A stretch of 64,000 nucleotides of DNA from Alkalispirochaeta sp. (GCA_965601925.1 OZ271854.1:4928001-4992000); one strand, 5' to 3'. Counted from the stretch's first letter, positions 30,771 to 41,243 are shown. Numbers and translations: made by a program. The notes: generated from the sequence alone by a model not told the origin.

Positions 30771-31865
30771 ATGGACAACGGATTGTACGACAAGATCTAC
30801 GGCAGTTTGATCGGCGCCGGCATCGGCGACGCGTTGGGAGCCCCGGTCGAGGGGTGGTACTGGAAGGAAATTCGGGAGAAGTACGGCCGTATCGAGGAGT
30901 TTTTGCCCTTCGAGACCGGCTACTCCGACGGTTCTCCGGGTACCTTCACCGACGATTCCGTACTCCGCCACTATCTTGCCGTGGCGATTATCGAACGGGG
31001 CGGCCGCATACTTCCCGACGATTGGGGACGCTTTTGGGCGGAACGGGTCAACACCGATCGGCTGTGGGTCAATGAGTCGCTGGCCGCCATTAAGCTTAAA
31101 CAGGGGATGAACCCGTGGTTCACCGGTGAAGGCTCGATTCCGTGCGGGTGCGGCGCGATGATGATCTCCCCGATCGGCATCGTCAACGCCGCCGATCCGA
31201 CACAAGCGTTTCAAGACGGCATGAACATCGCCGGTGTCAACGTGCACGGCCGCGATCAGGAGGCCGCGGCGAGCGTTGCCGCGGCAACTGCGGCTGCATT
31301 TGCGCCCGGCGCGACGGTCGACTCGATCATTCAAGCGATGTACGAGCACAGCTCCTGGTTCATGCGACGAGCGTACGACTTCACCATGGAGCTGGCGCGT
31401 AGCAGCGGCTCCGTCGACGCTTTTACAGAGCGATACTACACGGCGATGCTCGATTGGTCGTGGCCACAACCGGACTGGAACAAGGATCACTTCTTCAGCG
31501 GCAACAGCCACGAGTTTGTGCCCGTTGTCATGGCGCTGCTGTTTCTCTGCCGCGGGAACCCCGACCGGTGCATCATCGAAGGAGCGAGCTTCGGCCGTGA
31601 CTGCGATACGATCGCCTCCATTCTCGGAGGCATCGTCGGCGCCCTACACGGGGCGTCTTCTATACGACAAACGTGGATCGAACAGTGCGAGCGGGCAAAT
31701 CGCCCCTTCTACAACGAGGTGGAGGGGAGTCCGGATGCAACGCTCAGCCGCGTCGCCGAGCGTCTTGTCACCGTCCTGCGCAACGAGCAGGCTCATGCAA
31801 ACGCGAGAGGCGCCCAACTCGAACAGTTACTGTCGGGGCGGAATGTCGCTCATCGGCCGCATTGA
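30771..31865 (+). CDS. ADP-ribosylglycohydrolase (DraG/ARH) family protein
   Basis: GSLIGAGIGDALGAPVEG, FTDDS, GRDCDTIASILG motifs. Confidence 0.92.
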   Translation: MDNGLYDKIYGSLIGAGIGDALGAPVEGWYWKEIREKYGRIEEFLPFETGYSDGSPGTFTDDSVLRHYLAVAIIERGGRILPDDWGRFWAERVNTDRLWVNESLAAIKLKQGMNPWFTGEGSIPCGCGAMMISPIGIVNAADPTQAFQDGMNIAGVNVHGRDQEAAASVAAATAAAFAPGATVDSIIQAMYEHSSWFMRRAYDFTMELARSSGSVDAFTERYYTAMLDWSWPQPDWNKDHFFSGNSHEFVPVVMALLFLCRGNPDRCIIEGASFGRDCDTIASILGGIVGALHGASSIRQTWIEQCERANRPFYNEVEGSPDATLSRVAERLVTVLRNEQAHANARGAQLEQLLSGRNVAHRPH

Positions 31866-31879
31866 TAGGAGAGCGCAGC

Positions 31880-32354
31880 TACGAACTAAAAATGAAAAGG
31901 CTGTAAATAAGGACGCCGCGAAGCTTGCCCCGACCCATTTTCCTGCGACGGTGTACGAGATCGACCCCTTCATGTCTCCGGGATATGGTGCCGCTTTTAC
32001 CGTCGCGACCATTGTGAAGGAAGCGGGCGATAGAAAGTGGTTTCACCGAAACCGGGTGCTTGACTGCGGCGGTGTTTTCTCTCAATCCCACCTTCCTATT
32101 GCTGTTTCGCGCTTGTGCTCCGAGGTAGCTTTTCCTATCATCAAAAAATGAGTTATCCGCTATTCAACTACCGGAATGCCTTTTTTGACCACCTCTTTCA
32201 GCGACGGTATTTCGGCGAAAGTCACTGCAGCACCGTTGGAGCCGATTTTTGCTCAATTTGCCAACTCAGCTGCCTTTCATGTTCTCGTACTCACCACACC
32301 GGTTGTGTAATAGAGAGCAGTTTTCTGACTTTGGATAATTTTGCCCATTTTCAT
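31880..32354. pseudogene. Decayed low-GC coding remnants
   Basis: Minus frame from ATG 32354 reads protein-like through in-frame stops; plus frame has PGYGAAFTVATIVKEAGDRKWF, resembling an IS110 motif. Confidence 0.3.
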
Positions 32355-32403
32355 GCTTTGAATCCTGAACTTGTTTAGATGAGCCGCGAAGGGGACGAGG
32401 GTA

Positions 32404-33714
32404 GTGGTCGCATCTACGGCAAGTTCAACGTTCAGCAATGAAAATGTCGGAAGATTACTGATAAAGCTCTCTTTTCCCTCAATTATTGCTCTACTAGCGA
32501 ACTCATTTTACAATATTGTGGACGCTATCATTATTGGGAGAGTGATTGGGCCCGTTGCAATGGGAGCCATATCGATCGTTCTGCCTCTTCAACGCGTGAT
32601 AATGGCAGTCCCGATGATGTTGGGTTTGGGCGCTTCCACCTTGATATCCGTTCGACTCGGCAAACGCGAGTCTGCTGGGGCACAAAGAGCGGCAGGAAAT
32701 GCGTTTTTTCTTTCCGGTGTTGCCGGCCTCGCTCTTGTACTTCTTGGTCTGTCGTTTCTCAGGCCCATTATGGTTGCTTTCGGTAGCACTCCGTCAATTC
32801 TACCGTTTGCAAGTCGATACGGCATGATTCTTATCCTCGGATCGCCTTTCTATATGGCAATGATAACTGCTCTGCAACTCATACGATCGGAGGGAAAGGC
32901 GTCATACGCAATGATAGCAATGATGTCCGGGACCTTTTTGAATGTGGGCTTAGATCTTCTCTTTGTTTTGATTTTCGATATGGGCATCACAGGTGTTGCA
33001 GTGGCCACCGTCCTGTCGCAGTTCGTATCGTTTCTGTTTGTACTGTTGTTCTATCTTACCGATCGGTCCGACATACGGTTGAGAGTTTCTCACCTACGGT
33101 TTGACAAAAAGACTATCACGGAAATGCTTCCCCTGAGCTTTCCCCCACTCGTCAACCAGTTGAGTAACATTCTTACTCCTCTGACAATTAACAATCTGCT
33201 GCGAGTGCATGCGGGTGCCCTCCACATCGCCGTATTCGGTATCGTGTATCGCCTGATGTTCTTCCTGAGGGTTCCGGTTTATGGAACGGTGCAAGGCTAT
33301 CGACCTATAGTTGGTTACAACTACGGCGCCGGAGAGATGCATCGGGTCAAGCGTGTAACGGCTATCGCCTTACTCTCACTATTCGTTTTTTCTGCTGTGT
33401 GTTGTTTGGTATTCTTTTTTCTACCACGATCGATTATTGGCATTTTTAGCAGAGATATGAATGTAATCGAGTCGGGAAGCCACGCGCTTCGAATAGCAGT
33501 TCTCTTGTTCCCGTTCTTTTCGGTGCACGCAATCGGCAGAAACTATTTTCAGGCAATAAAAAACGCACGGAGCTCTGTACTTCTCTTTGTTCTACCCAAC
33601 TTTGTTCTCTTTATTCCCGCAGCAATTATCTTTCCGATGGTGTTCGGTATCGACGGTATATGGTGGGCGTTTCCATTTTCCGATTTTGTTACCGCAATGG
33701 TTGCCGCGATATAG
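32404..33714 (+). CDS. MATE family efflux transporter (MepA-like); last helix possibly truncated by TAG
   Basis: YNIVDAIIIG, RSEGKA, LNVGLD.LF, GYNYGAG; visibly lower GC than the flanks. Confidence 0.92.
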   Translation: MVASTASSTFSNENVGRLLIKLSFPSIIALLANSFYNIVDAIIIGRVIGPVAMGAISIVLPLQRVIMAVPMMLGLGASTLISVRLGKRESAGAQRAAGNAFFLSGVAGLALVLLGLSFLRPIMVAFGSTPSILPFASRYGMILILGSPFYMAMITALQLIRSEGKASYAMIAMMSGTFLNVGLDLLFVLIFDMGITGVAVATVLSQFVSFLFVLLFYLTDRSDIRLRVSHLRFDKKTITEMLPLSFPPLVNQLSNILTPLTINNLLRVHAGALHIAVFGIVYRLMFFLRVPVYGTVQGYRPIVGYNYGAGEMHRVKRVTAIALLSLFVFSAVCCLVFFFLPRSIIGIFSRDMNVIESGSHALRIAVLLFPFFSVHAIGRNYFQAIKNARSSVLLFVLPNFVLFIPAAIIFPMVFGIDGIWWAFPFSDFVTAMVAAI

Positions 33715-33940
33715 CTTGGACAAAGCTTTCGTACCTTCTTTGCAACTCAGACCGAGCCGCTGGAGTAGATGCCCGTCGACTTGCCACATATCCTACAAGT
33801 TCCGGTTACTGTTTGACTCGCCACGTGTTCCCGCATAAGTGGCGGAACCACCTGCTAGTATACGCATAGTGTAATAAAATTATTTTTATATTATTTTATT
33901 AATTTTATTTAAAATTATTGTTTTGGAGCCTCATGGTGTC

Positions 33941-34029
33941 GGAAAAAATTCGAATTTATTCTCCTTCTGGTGTATAGCCCGCTGAATTTTCAGGCTGTAG
34001 AGTGGAACGAAACCCACCTAAGGAGACTC
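33941..34029 (+). promoter_or_regulatory. 89-nt leader/regulatory element upstream of oadG (copy 1)
   Basis: 76/89 ungapped identity to the reverse complement of 40430-40518; ends in the AAGGAG RBS. Confidence 0.85.
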
Positions 34030-34035
34030 GGTTGT

Positions 34036-34320
34036 ATGATGGGCGCAGGAATACAGCTCATGGTACTGGGCATGAGCGTGGTGATCGTCTTTTTAATCGT
34101 GTTGGTCTTGTTCATGGGGCTGGCGGCGGCGATGGTGCGGCGATTCGCGCCCCAAGCGGCGGAGTCGGACGCCGCGGATGCGGCGGTGCGGACCGCCGGC
34201 GGGCATAACGACGCCGCGGGCGAGACGCGCACCCACCGCATCGCCGCGGTCCTGGCGGCGGTGGCGATGCACCACCGGCGGCGACGGACATCCACCACAT
34301 CGCAAGGAGAGCACCGATGA
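34036..34320 (+). CDS. oadG: Oxaloacetate decarboxylase gamma subunit
   Basis: GIQLMVLGMSVVIVFLIVL TM helix, IAAVLAAVAMHH tail; upstream of oadA. Confidence 0.88.
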   Translation: MMGAGIQLMVLGMSVVIVFLIVLVLFMGLAAAMVRRFAPQAAESDAADAAVRTAGGHNDAAGETRTHRIAAVLAAVAMHHRRRRTSTTSQGEHR

Positions 34321-36146
34321 AGAGGATCAACGTGATGGTTACGGCGTTTCGGGACGGGTTTCAGTCCGTCTTCGGTGCCCGGGTGTTGACGCCCGATTTC
34401 ATTCCCGCGTTGGAAGCCGCCCGGCACGCCGGCCTCACCCACTTCGAGGTGGGCGGCGGTGCACGCTTTCAGAGTTTGTACTTCTACTGTAACGAGGACG
34501 CCTTCGCCATGATGGATGCGTGTCGCGCGGCGGCGGGGCCCGAGGCGAACCTCCAGACCCTCGCCCGGGGGATTAACGTCGTCGGCTTAGAGAGTCAGTC
34601 GTCGGACATGATCAAGCTGCACGCGGAGCTGTTCAAGAGGCACGGTATTACGACGATCCGCAACTTCGACGCGCTCAACGATGTGGACAACCTCGACTAT
34701 TCGGGACGCTGCATCGTCGATGCGGGGCTGCACCACGAAGTCTCGGTCACGCTCATGGGCCTTCCGCCCGGGTTATCCGGCGCCCATACCGCGGAGTTCT
34801 ATCTGAACCGATTGACACAGATTCTCGACGCCGACATTCCGATGCACTCCTTGGCGCTGAAGGACGCGTCGGGGACCGCGACGCCGCAGGTCGTGTACGA
34901 GACGGTGCAACTGGCCAAATCGAAGCTGCCGGCGGACATCCCCGTACGGTTTCATACTCACGACACGGCGGGCACCGGCGTGGTGACCTACCGGGCGGCG
35001 CTGGAGGCCGGCGCCGACGGCATCGATCTGTCGATGGCACCGGTGTCGGGCGGTACGGCACAACCGGACATCATTACGATGTGGCACGCCCTGCGCGGCA
35101 CTGAGTTCGATCTGGGTGTGGATATCGAGCAGGTGATGGAGGCGGAAGAGGTCTTCAAGGAGTGCATGCAGGACTACTTCTTTCCCCCCGAGGCGTTGCG
35201 GGTGGAACCGCTCATCCCCTTCTCGCCGATGCCCGGCGGCGCGTTGACGGCCAACACGCAGATGATGCGCGACCACAAGGTGTTGCACCGCTTTCCGGAG
35301 GTGATCGCGGCGATGCGCGAGGTCGTGGAACGGGGCGGGTTTGCGACCTCGGTCACCCCGGTCTCGCAATTCTACTTCCAGCAGGCGTTCAACAACGTCG
35401 TCATGGGGCCGTGGAAGAAGATCGCCGACGGGTACGGGAAGATGCTGTTGGGCTACTTCGGTAAGACGCCGAATGCGCCGGATCCGGAGTTGGTACGCAT
35501 CGCCGGCGAGCAGTTGGGACTGGAGCCGACGACCGAAAGTCCGCGCCTGTTGAACGACGCCGATCCGACCAAGGGCCGCGACGCCGCCGAGGCGGTCTTG
35601 CGCGCGGAGGGGCTTCCCGTCACCGACGAGAACGTCTTTATCGCCGCAACGTGTAAGGAGCGGGGCATCACGTTTCTCAAGGGCGAGGCGCGCGTACAGG
35701 TCCGCAAACACGGATCCGACGGAGCCGAGACGCCGGCCGCGAGCGGTCCGTCTCCTCAGACGAGTGTCGGACCGGCAACGTACTCGGTGACCGTCTCGGG
35801 ACAGACCTTTGCGGTAACCGTGGCGGACGGGAGTGCGGTGATCGACGGCCAGGCACATCCCTTGCCGTCGGCCGGCACGGCCGCACCCACCCCGGGTGCC
35901 GCTCCGTCTCCGCCTCCGACACCGCCGGCCGGCGGCGCCACCGTATCCGCGCCCATGCCCGGGGTGATTCTCCGTACCCTCGTACGGGCCGGCGAGGCGG
36001 TCACCGAGGGGACACCGGTCGTACTCATGGAATGCATGAAGATGGAGATGAAGGTCGAGGCGTCCTCCGCGGGAACGGTTTCTCAGGTACACGTCACCGA
36101 CGGACAATCGGTTGAGGCGGATGCCGCGTTGGTATCGGTCGTATGA
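34317..36146 (+). CDS. oadA: Oxaloacetate decarboxylase alpha subunit (carboxyltransferase + biotin carrier)
   Basis: [35 protein letters not shown], biotinyl ECMKME. Confidence 0.9.
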   Translation: MKRINVMVTAFRDGFQSVFGARVLTPDFIPALEAARHAGLTHFEVGGGARFQSLYFYCNEDAFAMMDACRAAAGPEANLQTLARGINVVGLESQSSDMIKLHAELFKRHGITTIRNFDALNDVDNLDYSGRCIVDAGLHHEVSVTLMGLPPGLSGAHTAEFYLNRLTQILDADIPMHSLALKDASGTATPQVVYETVQLAKSKLPADIPVRFHTHDTAGTGVVTYRAALEAGADGIDLSMAPVSGGTAQPDIITMWHALRGTEFDLGVDIEQVMEAEEVFKECMQDYFFPPEALRVEPLIPFSPMPGGALTANTQMMRDHKVLHRFPEVIAAMREVVERGGFATSVTPVSQFYFQQAFNNVVMGPWKKIADGYGKMLLGYFGKTPNAPDPELVRIAGEQLGLEPTTESPRLLNDADPTKGRDAAEAVLRAEGLPVTDENVFIAATCKERGITFLKGEARVQVRKHGSDGAETPAASGPSPQTSVGPATYSVTVSGQTFAVTVADGSAVIDGQAHPLPSAGTAAPTPGAAPSPPPTPPAGGATVSAPMPGVILRTLVRAGEAVTEGTPVVLMECMKMEMKVEASSAGTVSQVHVTDGQSVEADAALVSVV

Positions 36147-37282
36147 ACATCGCGCACTCTTTCGTCAATCTCTGGACGGCGACGGGGATCCACGCGATCA
36201 CCGGCGGCGAGCTGGTCATGATCGGCCTTAGTCTGGTGTTGATCTATCTGGCGATCGGCCGGAACTTCGAGCCGTTGTTATTGTTGCCGATCGGGTTCGG
36301 CGGAATACTCGCCAATATTCCGATCGCCGGCATCGCCGGGCCCGCCGGCTTCATCGGCATGATCGATGCGGTGGGGCTGGCGACAGGGATCTTTCCGCTG
36401 TTGATCTTCATGGGCGTGGGCGCGATGACCGATTTCGGCCCGCTCATCGCCAACCCGCGTACCGCCCTGTTGGGGGCGGCGGCGCAGTTCGGCATCTTCG
36501 CCACGGTGTTGGGCGCCCTCGCATTGAGCGAGTATCTCGGATTCGACTTTTCTCTGCGCGACGCCGCCTCGATCGGCATTATCGGGGGCGCCGACGGTCC
36601 GACGGCGATCTTCCTCTCCTCGCGGCTGAGTCCCGATCTGGTCGGCGCCATCGCGGTGGCGGCGTACAGCTACATGGCGTTAGTACCGATCATCCAACCG
36701 CCGATCATGCGTGCGCTGACGAAACCGGAGGAGCGTCGTATCGTCATGACGCAGCTGCGCCCCGTGTCCAAGATCGAGAAGATCATCTTCCCCTTGATGG
36801 CCCTCGGCCTGTGCATTCTCCTGCTGCCCACCGCAACGCCGCTGATCGGCGCGCTCATGTTCGGTAATCTGGTAAAGGAGTCCGGCGTCACCGAACGGCT
36901 CTCGAAGACGCTCCAGAGCTCGTTTATCGACAGCGTCACGATTCTGTTGGGATTGGTCGTCGGGGGGAAACTACAGGCGGCCTACTTCCTCCGCCTGGAA
37001 ACGATCGGCATTCTCTTGTTGGGGTTGGTCGCCTTCTCGATCGGCACCGCGACGGGGGTACTGTTGGCGCGCCTCATGCATCGCCTCTCCCGTACCCCGA
37101 TCAATCCGCTGATCGGCGCGGCCGGCGTCTCGGCGGTTCCGATGGCCGCACGGGTCGTCAACAAGGTCGGACTCCAGGACAACCCCCGTAACTATCTGTT
37201 GATGCACGCCATGGGTCCCAACGTCAGCGGCGTCATCGGCTCCGCCGTCGCCGCCGGCGTCCTCCTCTCGGTCTTTATGTAG
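36143..37282 (+). CDS. oadB: Na+-translocating decarboxylase beta subunit
   Basis: [43 protein letters not shown]. Confidence 0.95.
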   Translation: MNIAHSFVNLWTATGIHAITGGELVMIGLSLVLIYLAIGRNFEPLLLLPIGFGGILANIPIAGIAGPAGFIGMIDAVGLATGIFPLLIFMGVGAMTDFGPLIANPRTALLGAAAQFGIFATVLGALALSEYLGFDFSLRDAASIGIIGGADGPTAIFLSSRLSPDLVGAIAVAAYSYMALVPIIQPPIMRALTKPEERRIVMTQLRPVSKIEKIIFPLMALGLCILLLPTATPLIGALMFGNLVKESGVTERLSKTLQSSFIDSVTILLGLVVGGKLQAAYFLRLETIGILLLGLVAFSIGTATGVLLARLMHRLSRTPINPLIGAAGVSAVPMAARVVNKVGLQDNPRNYLLMHAMGPNVSGVIGSAVAAGVLLSVFM

Positions 37283-37580
37283 CCCGACCGGGACGTGTCT
37301 CTCGGCGTACCGCGACGCTCCCGGCCAGCACGGTACACGGGAAGCGCACGAGAAAGGTAAGCGAGTCCTCGACGGCAATGGAGAACATTCCACCCAAATC
37401 GGCCGCGAGGGAGCCGTCGCTCCCTGCGGACTTCAACCCGCTCCTCCGCGGAACAAGACGTCGTTCCCTCGGACGCTCCCCGCAGAACATCGCACGCTTT
37501 CGTGACCTGCCAACCGCGACACGAGCTCGTCGGCCTTAGGACGGAGCGTCTCCAATGTCCTTATCACACTTCGTGGGCGC

Positions 37581-37612
37581 AAAAAAAGGGCTGCTCCACC
37601 ACTGAGCAGCCC
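37581..37612 (-). terminator. Intrinsic terminator of the TRAP operon
   Basis: gggctgctc-caccact-gagcagccc with A7 on the left. Confidence 0.8.
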
Positions 37613-37634
37613 CATTCCGCGCTCCGACCTGAAT

Positions 37635-38912
37635 CTATCTGAACAGATTCGGTAGGAACATAATGATGTCGGGAACCAGGGCAAAGATGAACACCTGGAC
37701 CACCAGAATGATGATATAGGGGTAGATCGCCCGGGCTATCTTATCGATGCTGAGTTTCGTCACCGCACTCACGACGAAGAGGGCCAGACCCACCGGCGGA
37801 GTGATGTTGCCGATAGCCAGGTTGCAGATCATCAGCACACCGAAGAACACCGGGTCGATGCCGAAGTTCAATGCCACGGGAAGCAGGATGGGGGTCAGGA
37901 TAACCACCGCCGCCGAGGGATTCACGAGGGTTCCCAACAGCAGCAGAATGATGTTCACCAAAATGACGAACACGTACCGGTTGGGGGCTATCGTCGTCAT
38001 GAACAGACCCAGGCGGTGGGGAATTTCCGCACTGGTAATGACGTAGCCGAACACCTTCGCCGCCGCTACGATGAACATGATGATTACCGTTCCGTAAATC
38101 GCCGAAGAGACGATTTTGGGAATATCCTTGAGCTTCAGCTCTCTGTAGACGAAGAACCCGATGAAGAGCGCATACACCGAGGCCACCGCTGCGGCTTCGG
38201 TAGGAGTAAAAATACCGCCGTAGATGCCGCCGAGGATGATCACGGGCATCAGAAGTGCCCAAATGCTCTTCATGAAGGCTTTGACGACCGCCCCAAACGA
38301 CCAGGTTCCCTCCCCGCCCCATCCGTTCTTCCGGCAGATGAAGTAGCTGAGAACCAACATGGAAAGTCCGTAGAGGATTCCCGGACCGAATCCGCCGAGG
38401 AATAGGTCCCCGATGGAAACGCCGGCGATGACGCCGTAGACCACCAGGGTGATGCTCGGGGGAATCACGATGCCGACCATGCTGCCGGAGGCGATAACCG
38501 CCGCGGTGAAGGGCCGGGAGTAACCTTTTTTCTCCATAGCGTCGATCATGATGGCGCCGATGGCGGCGGCAACGGCGGCGGCGGAACCGGAGATGGCCCC
38601 GAAGAAGATTCCCGCTACCGCAACAACCTGTGCCAGCCCGCCCCGGAAGGGGCCAACCAACGACTGAGCGAAGTCGATCAACCGCTTGGTTACGCCGCCG
38701 TGGCTCATGAATGCGCCCGCTAACATGAAAAACGGGATGGCCAGGAACTCATAGGAGTTCACCGCCGAGAACATATTCTGGGCGACCAGGACCAATGGAA
38801 GGTCCAGGTAGGCCAGAATAAGGTAGATCGACGAGAGCCCCAAAGAATAGGCAATGGGAACTCCCAGGAAGATCAAACCAAGTAGTAGTAAAAAAAAGAT
38901 GTAAAAAGCCAT
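37635..38912 (-). CDS. dctM: TRAP transporter large permease
   Basis: LAIPFFMLAG, GAISGSA, IPPSI, GIFTPTEAA, TPPVG. Confidence 0.95.
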   Translation of the reverse strand: MAFYIFFLLLLGLIFLGVPIAYSLGLSSIYLILAYLDLPLVLVAQNMFSAVNSYEFLAIPFFMLAGAFMSHGGVTKRLIDFAQSLVGPFRGGLAQVVAVAGIFFGAISGSAAAVAAAIGAIMIDAMEKKGYSRPFTAAVIASGSMVGIVIPPSITLVVYGVIAGVSIGDLFLGGFGPGILYGLSMLVLSYFICRKNGWGGEGTWSFGAVVKAFMKSIWALLMPVIILGGIYGGIFTPTEAAAVASVYALFIGFFVYRELKLKDIPKIVSSAIYGTVIIMFIVAAAKVFGYVITSAEIPHRLGLFMTTIAPNRYVFVILVNIILLLLGTLVNPSAAVVILTPILLPVALNFGIDPVFFGVLMICNLAIGNITPPVGLALFVVSAVTKLSIDKIARAIYPYIIILVVQVFIFALVPDIIMFLPNLFR

Positions 38913-38914
38913 TC

Positions 38915-39418
38915 TTAGTTCCCTTCCGATTCACGCCCGAAGTACTCCAGGACCAGCTCGACGTAGTTCAGGATGTGGAACACGAGGGTCAGTCCCGAGC
39001 CGATGGGCACGGCGAGATAGACGTATCCCATGGGAACGCCCATGGCCGCGCTGGAGTAAAAGTTCATCGTGCCCGAAAGTCTCACTCCGCCGGAGAAGAC
39101 GACGATCAGAAACACCGTCCCCACGACGAAGATGAAGCTCTCGACGACAAACCCGGACATGCTGCCCTTTAACTTCTCGGTGAGAAGGGCGACGCACACC
39201 TGCCGTTTGTCCTTCACGACTTTGGCTATGCCGAGGAACACTACCCAGACAAAGATGAATCGGGCCATCTCATCGGCGAAGAAAATCGAGTTGGCGAAGA
39301 CGTAGCGTCCGATGACGTTGGCAAAGGTGAGAAACAGGAGGAAAAGCATCAGCGCAATCGATAGCTTTTCCAGAGCCCCGTTCACGACGTTGATGGACCT
39401 AAGAACGACTTTCTGCAT
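38915..39418 (-). CDS. dctQ: TRAP transporter small permease
   Basis: NVIGRYVF...DEMARFIFVW; four TM segments. Confidence 0.9.
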   Translation of the reverse strand: MQKVVLRSINVVNGALEKLSIALMLFLLFLTFANVIGRYVFANSIFFADEMARFIFVWVVFLGIAKVVKDKRQVCVALLTEKLKGSMSGFVVESFIFVVGTVFLIVVFSGGVRLSGTMNFYSSAAMGVPMGYVYLAVPIGSGLTLVFHILNYVELVLEYFGRESEGN

Positions 39419-39434
39419 GGACGTCCCGCCCTGC

Positions 39435-40427
39435 CTACCGCAGTGCCTGGATTCTGGCAATCAGCTCATCGCTGGTGTCGGTACGCAGAGTCGTCCAAAC
39501 GAGCTCGGTGGCTTCTGCGAAGAGCGCTCGGTCCACGTCGATGATTTCGGTGCCCGCATCGGCGATCTGTTGGAAGAACTCGCTCTCCTGTTCTCGGGCC
39601 AGGGCGCGGGAGTATTCCAACGCTTCCGCGACGGCTTCCATCATGATGTCCTGGTACTCGGCGGGGAGTCGCTCCCAGGTGCGCATGGACATCGACAGGG
39701 GTTCCGACTCATAGGTATGGCCGGTAAGAGAGACGTATCGATTCACCTCGAAGAACCGTTGCTGCCAAATATGGACGGCGGGAACTTCTAAACCGTCAAT
39801 GGTGCCGGTAGAGCCGGCCGAGTAGACCTCGCCGAAGGCCATGGGAGTGGGGTCGGCGCCGAGGGATTGCATCATCGCGACATAGACCGGAGTGGTCATG
39901 ACCCGCATTTTGAGACCTTCCATATCTTCAGGGGTGTGGATCGGGCGTCTGTTGTTGATCATGTGTCGAACGCCGTTCTCAAAGAATGCGAGGACCTTAA
40001 CACCTCTGGGTTCGAGTCCCTGAGCCACCTCCATGCCGATGGTATCGAGCGCGGCATAAGCGTGATCGCGGTCCTCGAACATGTAGGGATAGCCGAACAC
40101 CAAAAGGTCGGGCTCGAACTGGCCGAGCACGGCGGTGGTGGTGAGGGCGAAGTCAAGGTTGCCGAGAATCAGGCTCTCGATGAGCTGCTGCTGATTGCCC
40201 AGCTGGCTATTCGGGAAGATGGTGATCGTCACGTTCCCGTTGGTTCGCTCCTCCACGAGATCGGCGAACATTTGGCCGCCCAGGGCGTACGGATTATCGG
40301 GATCGGCGACGTGTCCGAGTTGCAGCTCAAAAACCTGGTCCGCGCCGTCAGCTTCTTCGGTGCCGGCGGCAAAGGCGAAGGAGGTTACCAGCGCCACCGC
40401 TGCAATGAGCATCCAAAAATTCTTCAT
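39435..40427 (-). CDS. dctP: TRAP substrate-binding protein (DctP family)
   Basis: FPNSQLG, ENGVRH, DMEGLKMR, PTPMAFGEVYSA...DG. Confidence 0.93.
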   Translation of the reverse strand: MKNFWMLIAAVALVTSFAFAAGTEEADGADQVFELQLGHVADPDNPYALGGQMFADLVEERTNGNVTITIFPNSQLGNQQQLIESLILGNLDFALTTTAVLGQFEPDLLVFGYPYMFEDRDHAYAALDTIGMEVAQGLEPRGVKVLAFFENGVRHMINNRRPIHTPEDMEGLKMRVMTTPVYVAMMQSLGADPTPMAFGEVYSAGSTGTIDGLEVPAVHIWQQRFFEVNRYVSLTGHTYESEPLSMSMRTWERLPAEYQDIMMEAVAEALEYSRALAREQESEFFQQIADAGTEIIDVDRALFAEATELVWTTLRTDTSDELIARIQALR

Positions 40428-40429
40428 AT

Positions 40430-40518
40430 GAGGCTCCTTATGTGGGTTTCGTTCCACTCTAAGGCGTGAAAATTCAGCGGACTATTCACCAGAAGGGGGA
40501 GAAATTCGCTGTTTTTCC
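40430..40518 (-). promoter_or_regulatory. 89-nt leader/regulatory element upstream of dctP (copy 2)
   Basis: 76/89 identity to 33941-34029 in inverted orientation. Confidence 0.85.
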
Positions 40519-40589
40519 TGAGAATCGAGGGAGCATGTACACCAAATGGTGAATAGCGCGGGATCGACGCAGGAGGCGACGGTGACCGG

Positions 40590-41243
40590 TTAGATAAGCC
40601 CTTCCCGGATGACTTTTTTAACGATCTCCACTTTGGAACTGACATTCAGTTTCTGGTAGATGTGGAGAATGTGCTTCTTCGCCGTGGACGGGGCGATGAT
40701 ATAGCGTTCGGCGATCTCTCTGTAGGTGCGGCCGTCGATGATGTCCTCGAGTATCTGATGCTCCCGGGGAGTCAAGCCGTAGTCCTTCGTGGCGTCCTGT
40801 GCGGACTCTCTCTGAATTTCGGTGAGGATTGTCCGGGCGATGGTCGGGCTGATGGGCGAGCCGCCGTCATGGAGGCTTTTTATCTGCTCGATGAGATTTT
40901 GGGGTTTGGTATTCTTCAGGATGTACCCGCCGGCCCCCGCTCTGATACTTCGGAGAATTTTATCTTGATCTTCGAATACGGTCAGCATGAGCACTGCCGT
41001 ATCGGGAGACCGCCGCTTTATCAGGGGAATCGCTTCGATACCGGTCATGCCGGGAAGCTGGATGTCCATCAGCACCACGTCGATCGGTTGCCCCGATTCC
41101 AGACTTGTTAGAAAGGCCTCGGCGGACTCATAGAGACCGCGGACCTTACATGTCGGCTCTAAGTTCAGGTAGTAGCCGATTCCCTCTCGGACATCCTTCA
41201 TATCTTCCACAATCGCTATGCGGATAAGGTGCGGCGTTTTCAC
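40590..41243 (-). CDS. NarL/LuxR-type response regulator
   Basis: IVED, VVLMDIQLPGMTG, GYILK, LTPRE...HILHIYQKL. Confidence 0.95.
   Translation of the reverse strand: MKTPHLIRIAIVEDMKDVREGIGYYLNLEPTCKVRGLYESAEAFLTSLESGQPIDVVLMDIQLPGMTGIEAIPLIKRRSPDTAVLMLTVFEDQDKILRSIRAGAGGYILKNTKPQNLIEQIKSLHDGGSPISPTIARTILTEIQRESAQDATKDYGLTPREHQILEDIIDGRTYREIAERYIIAPSTAKKHILHIYQKLNVSSKVEIVKKVIREGLI

Noticed and set aside
34773..36107. Long antisense or alternate-frame ORFs (this one, 30420-31511, 62060-63061 and others)
   Set aside because: Shadow ORFs expected in high-GC DNA overlapping well-supported genes; no recognisable motifs.
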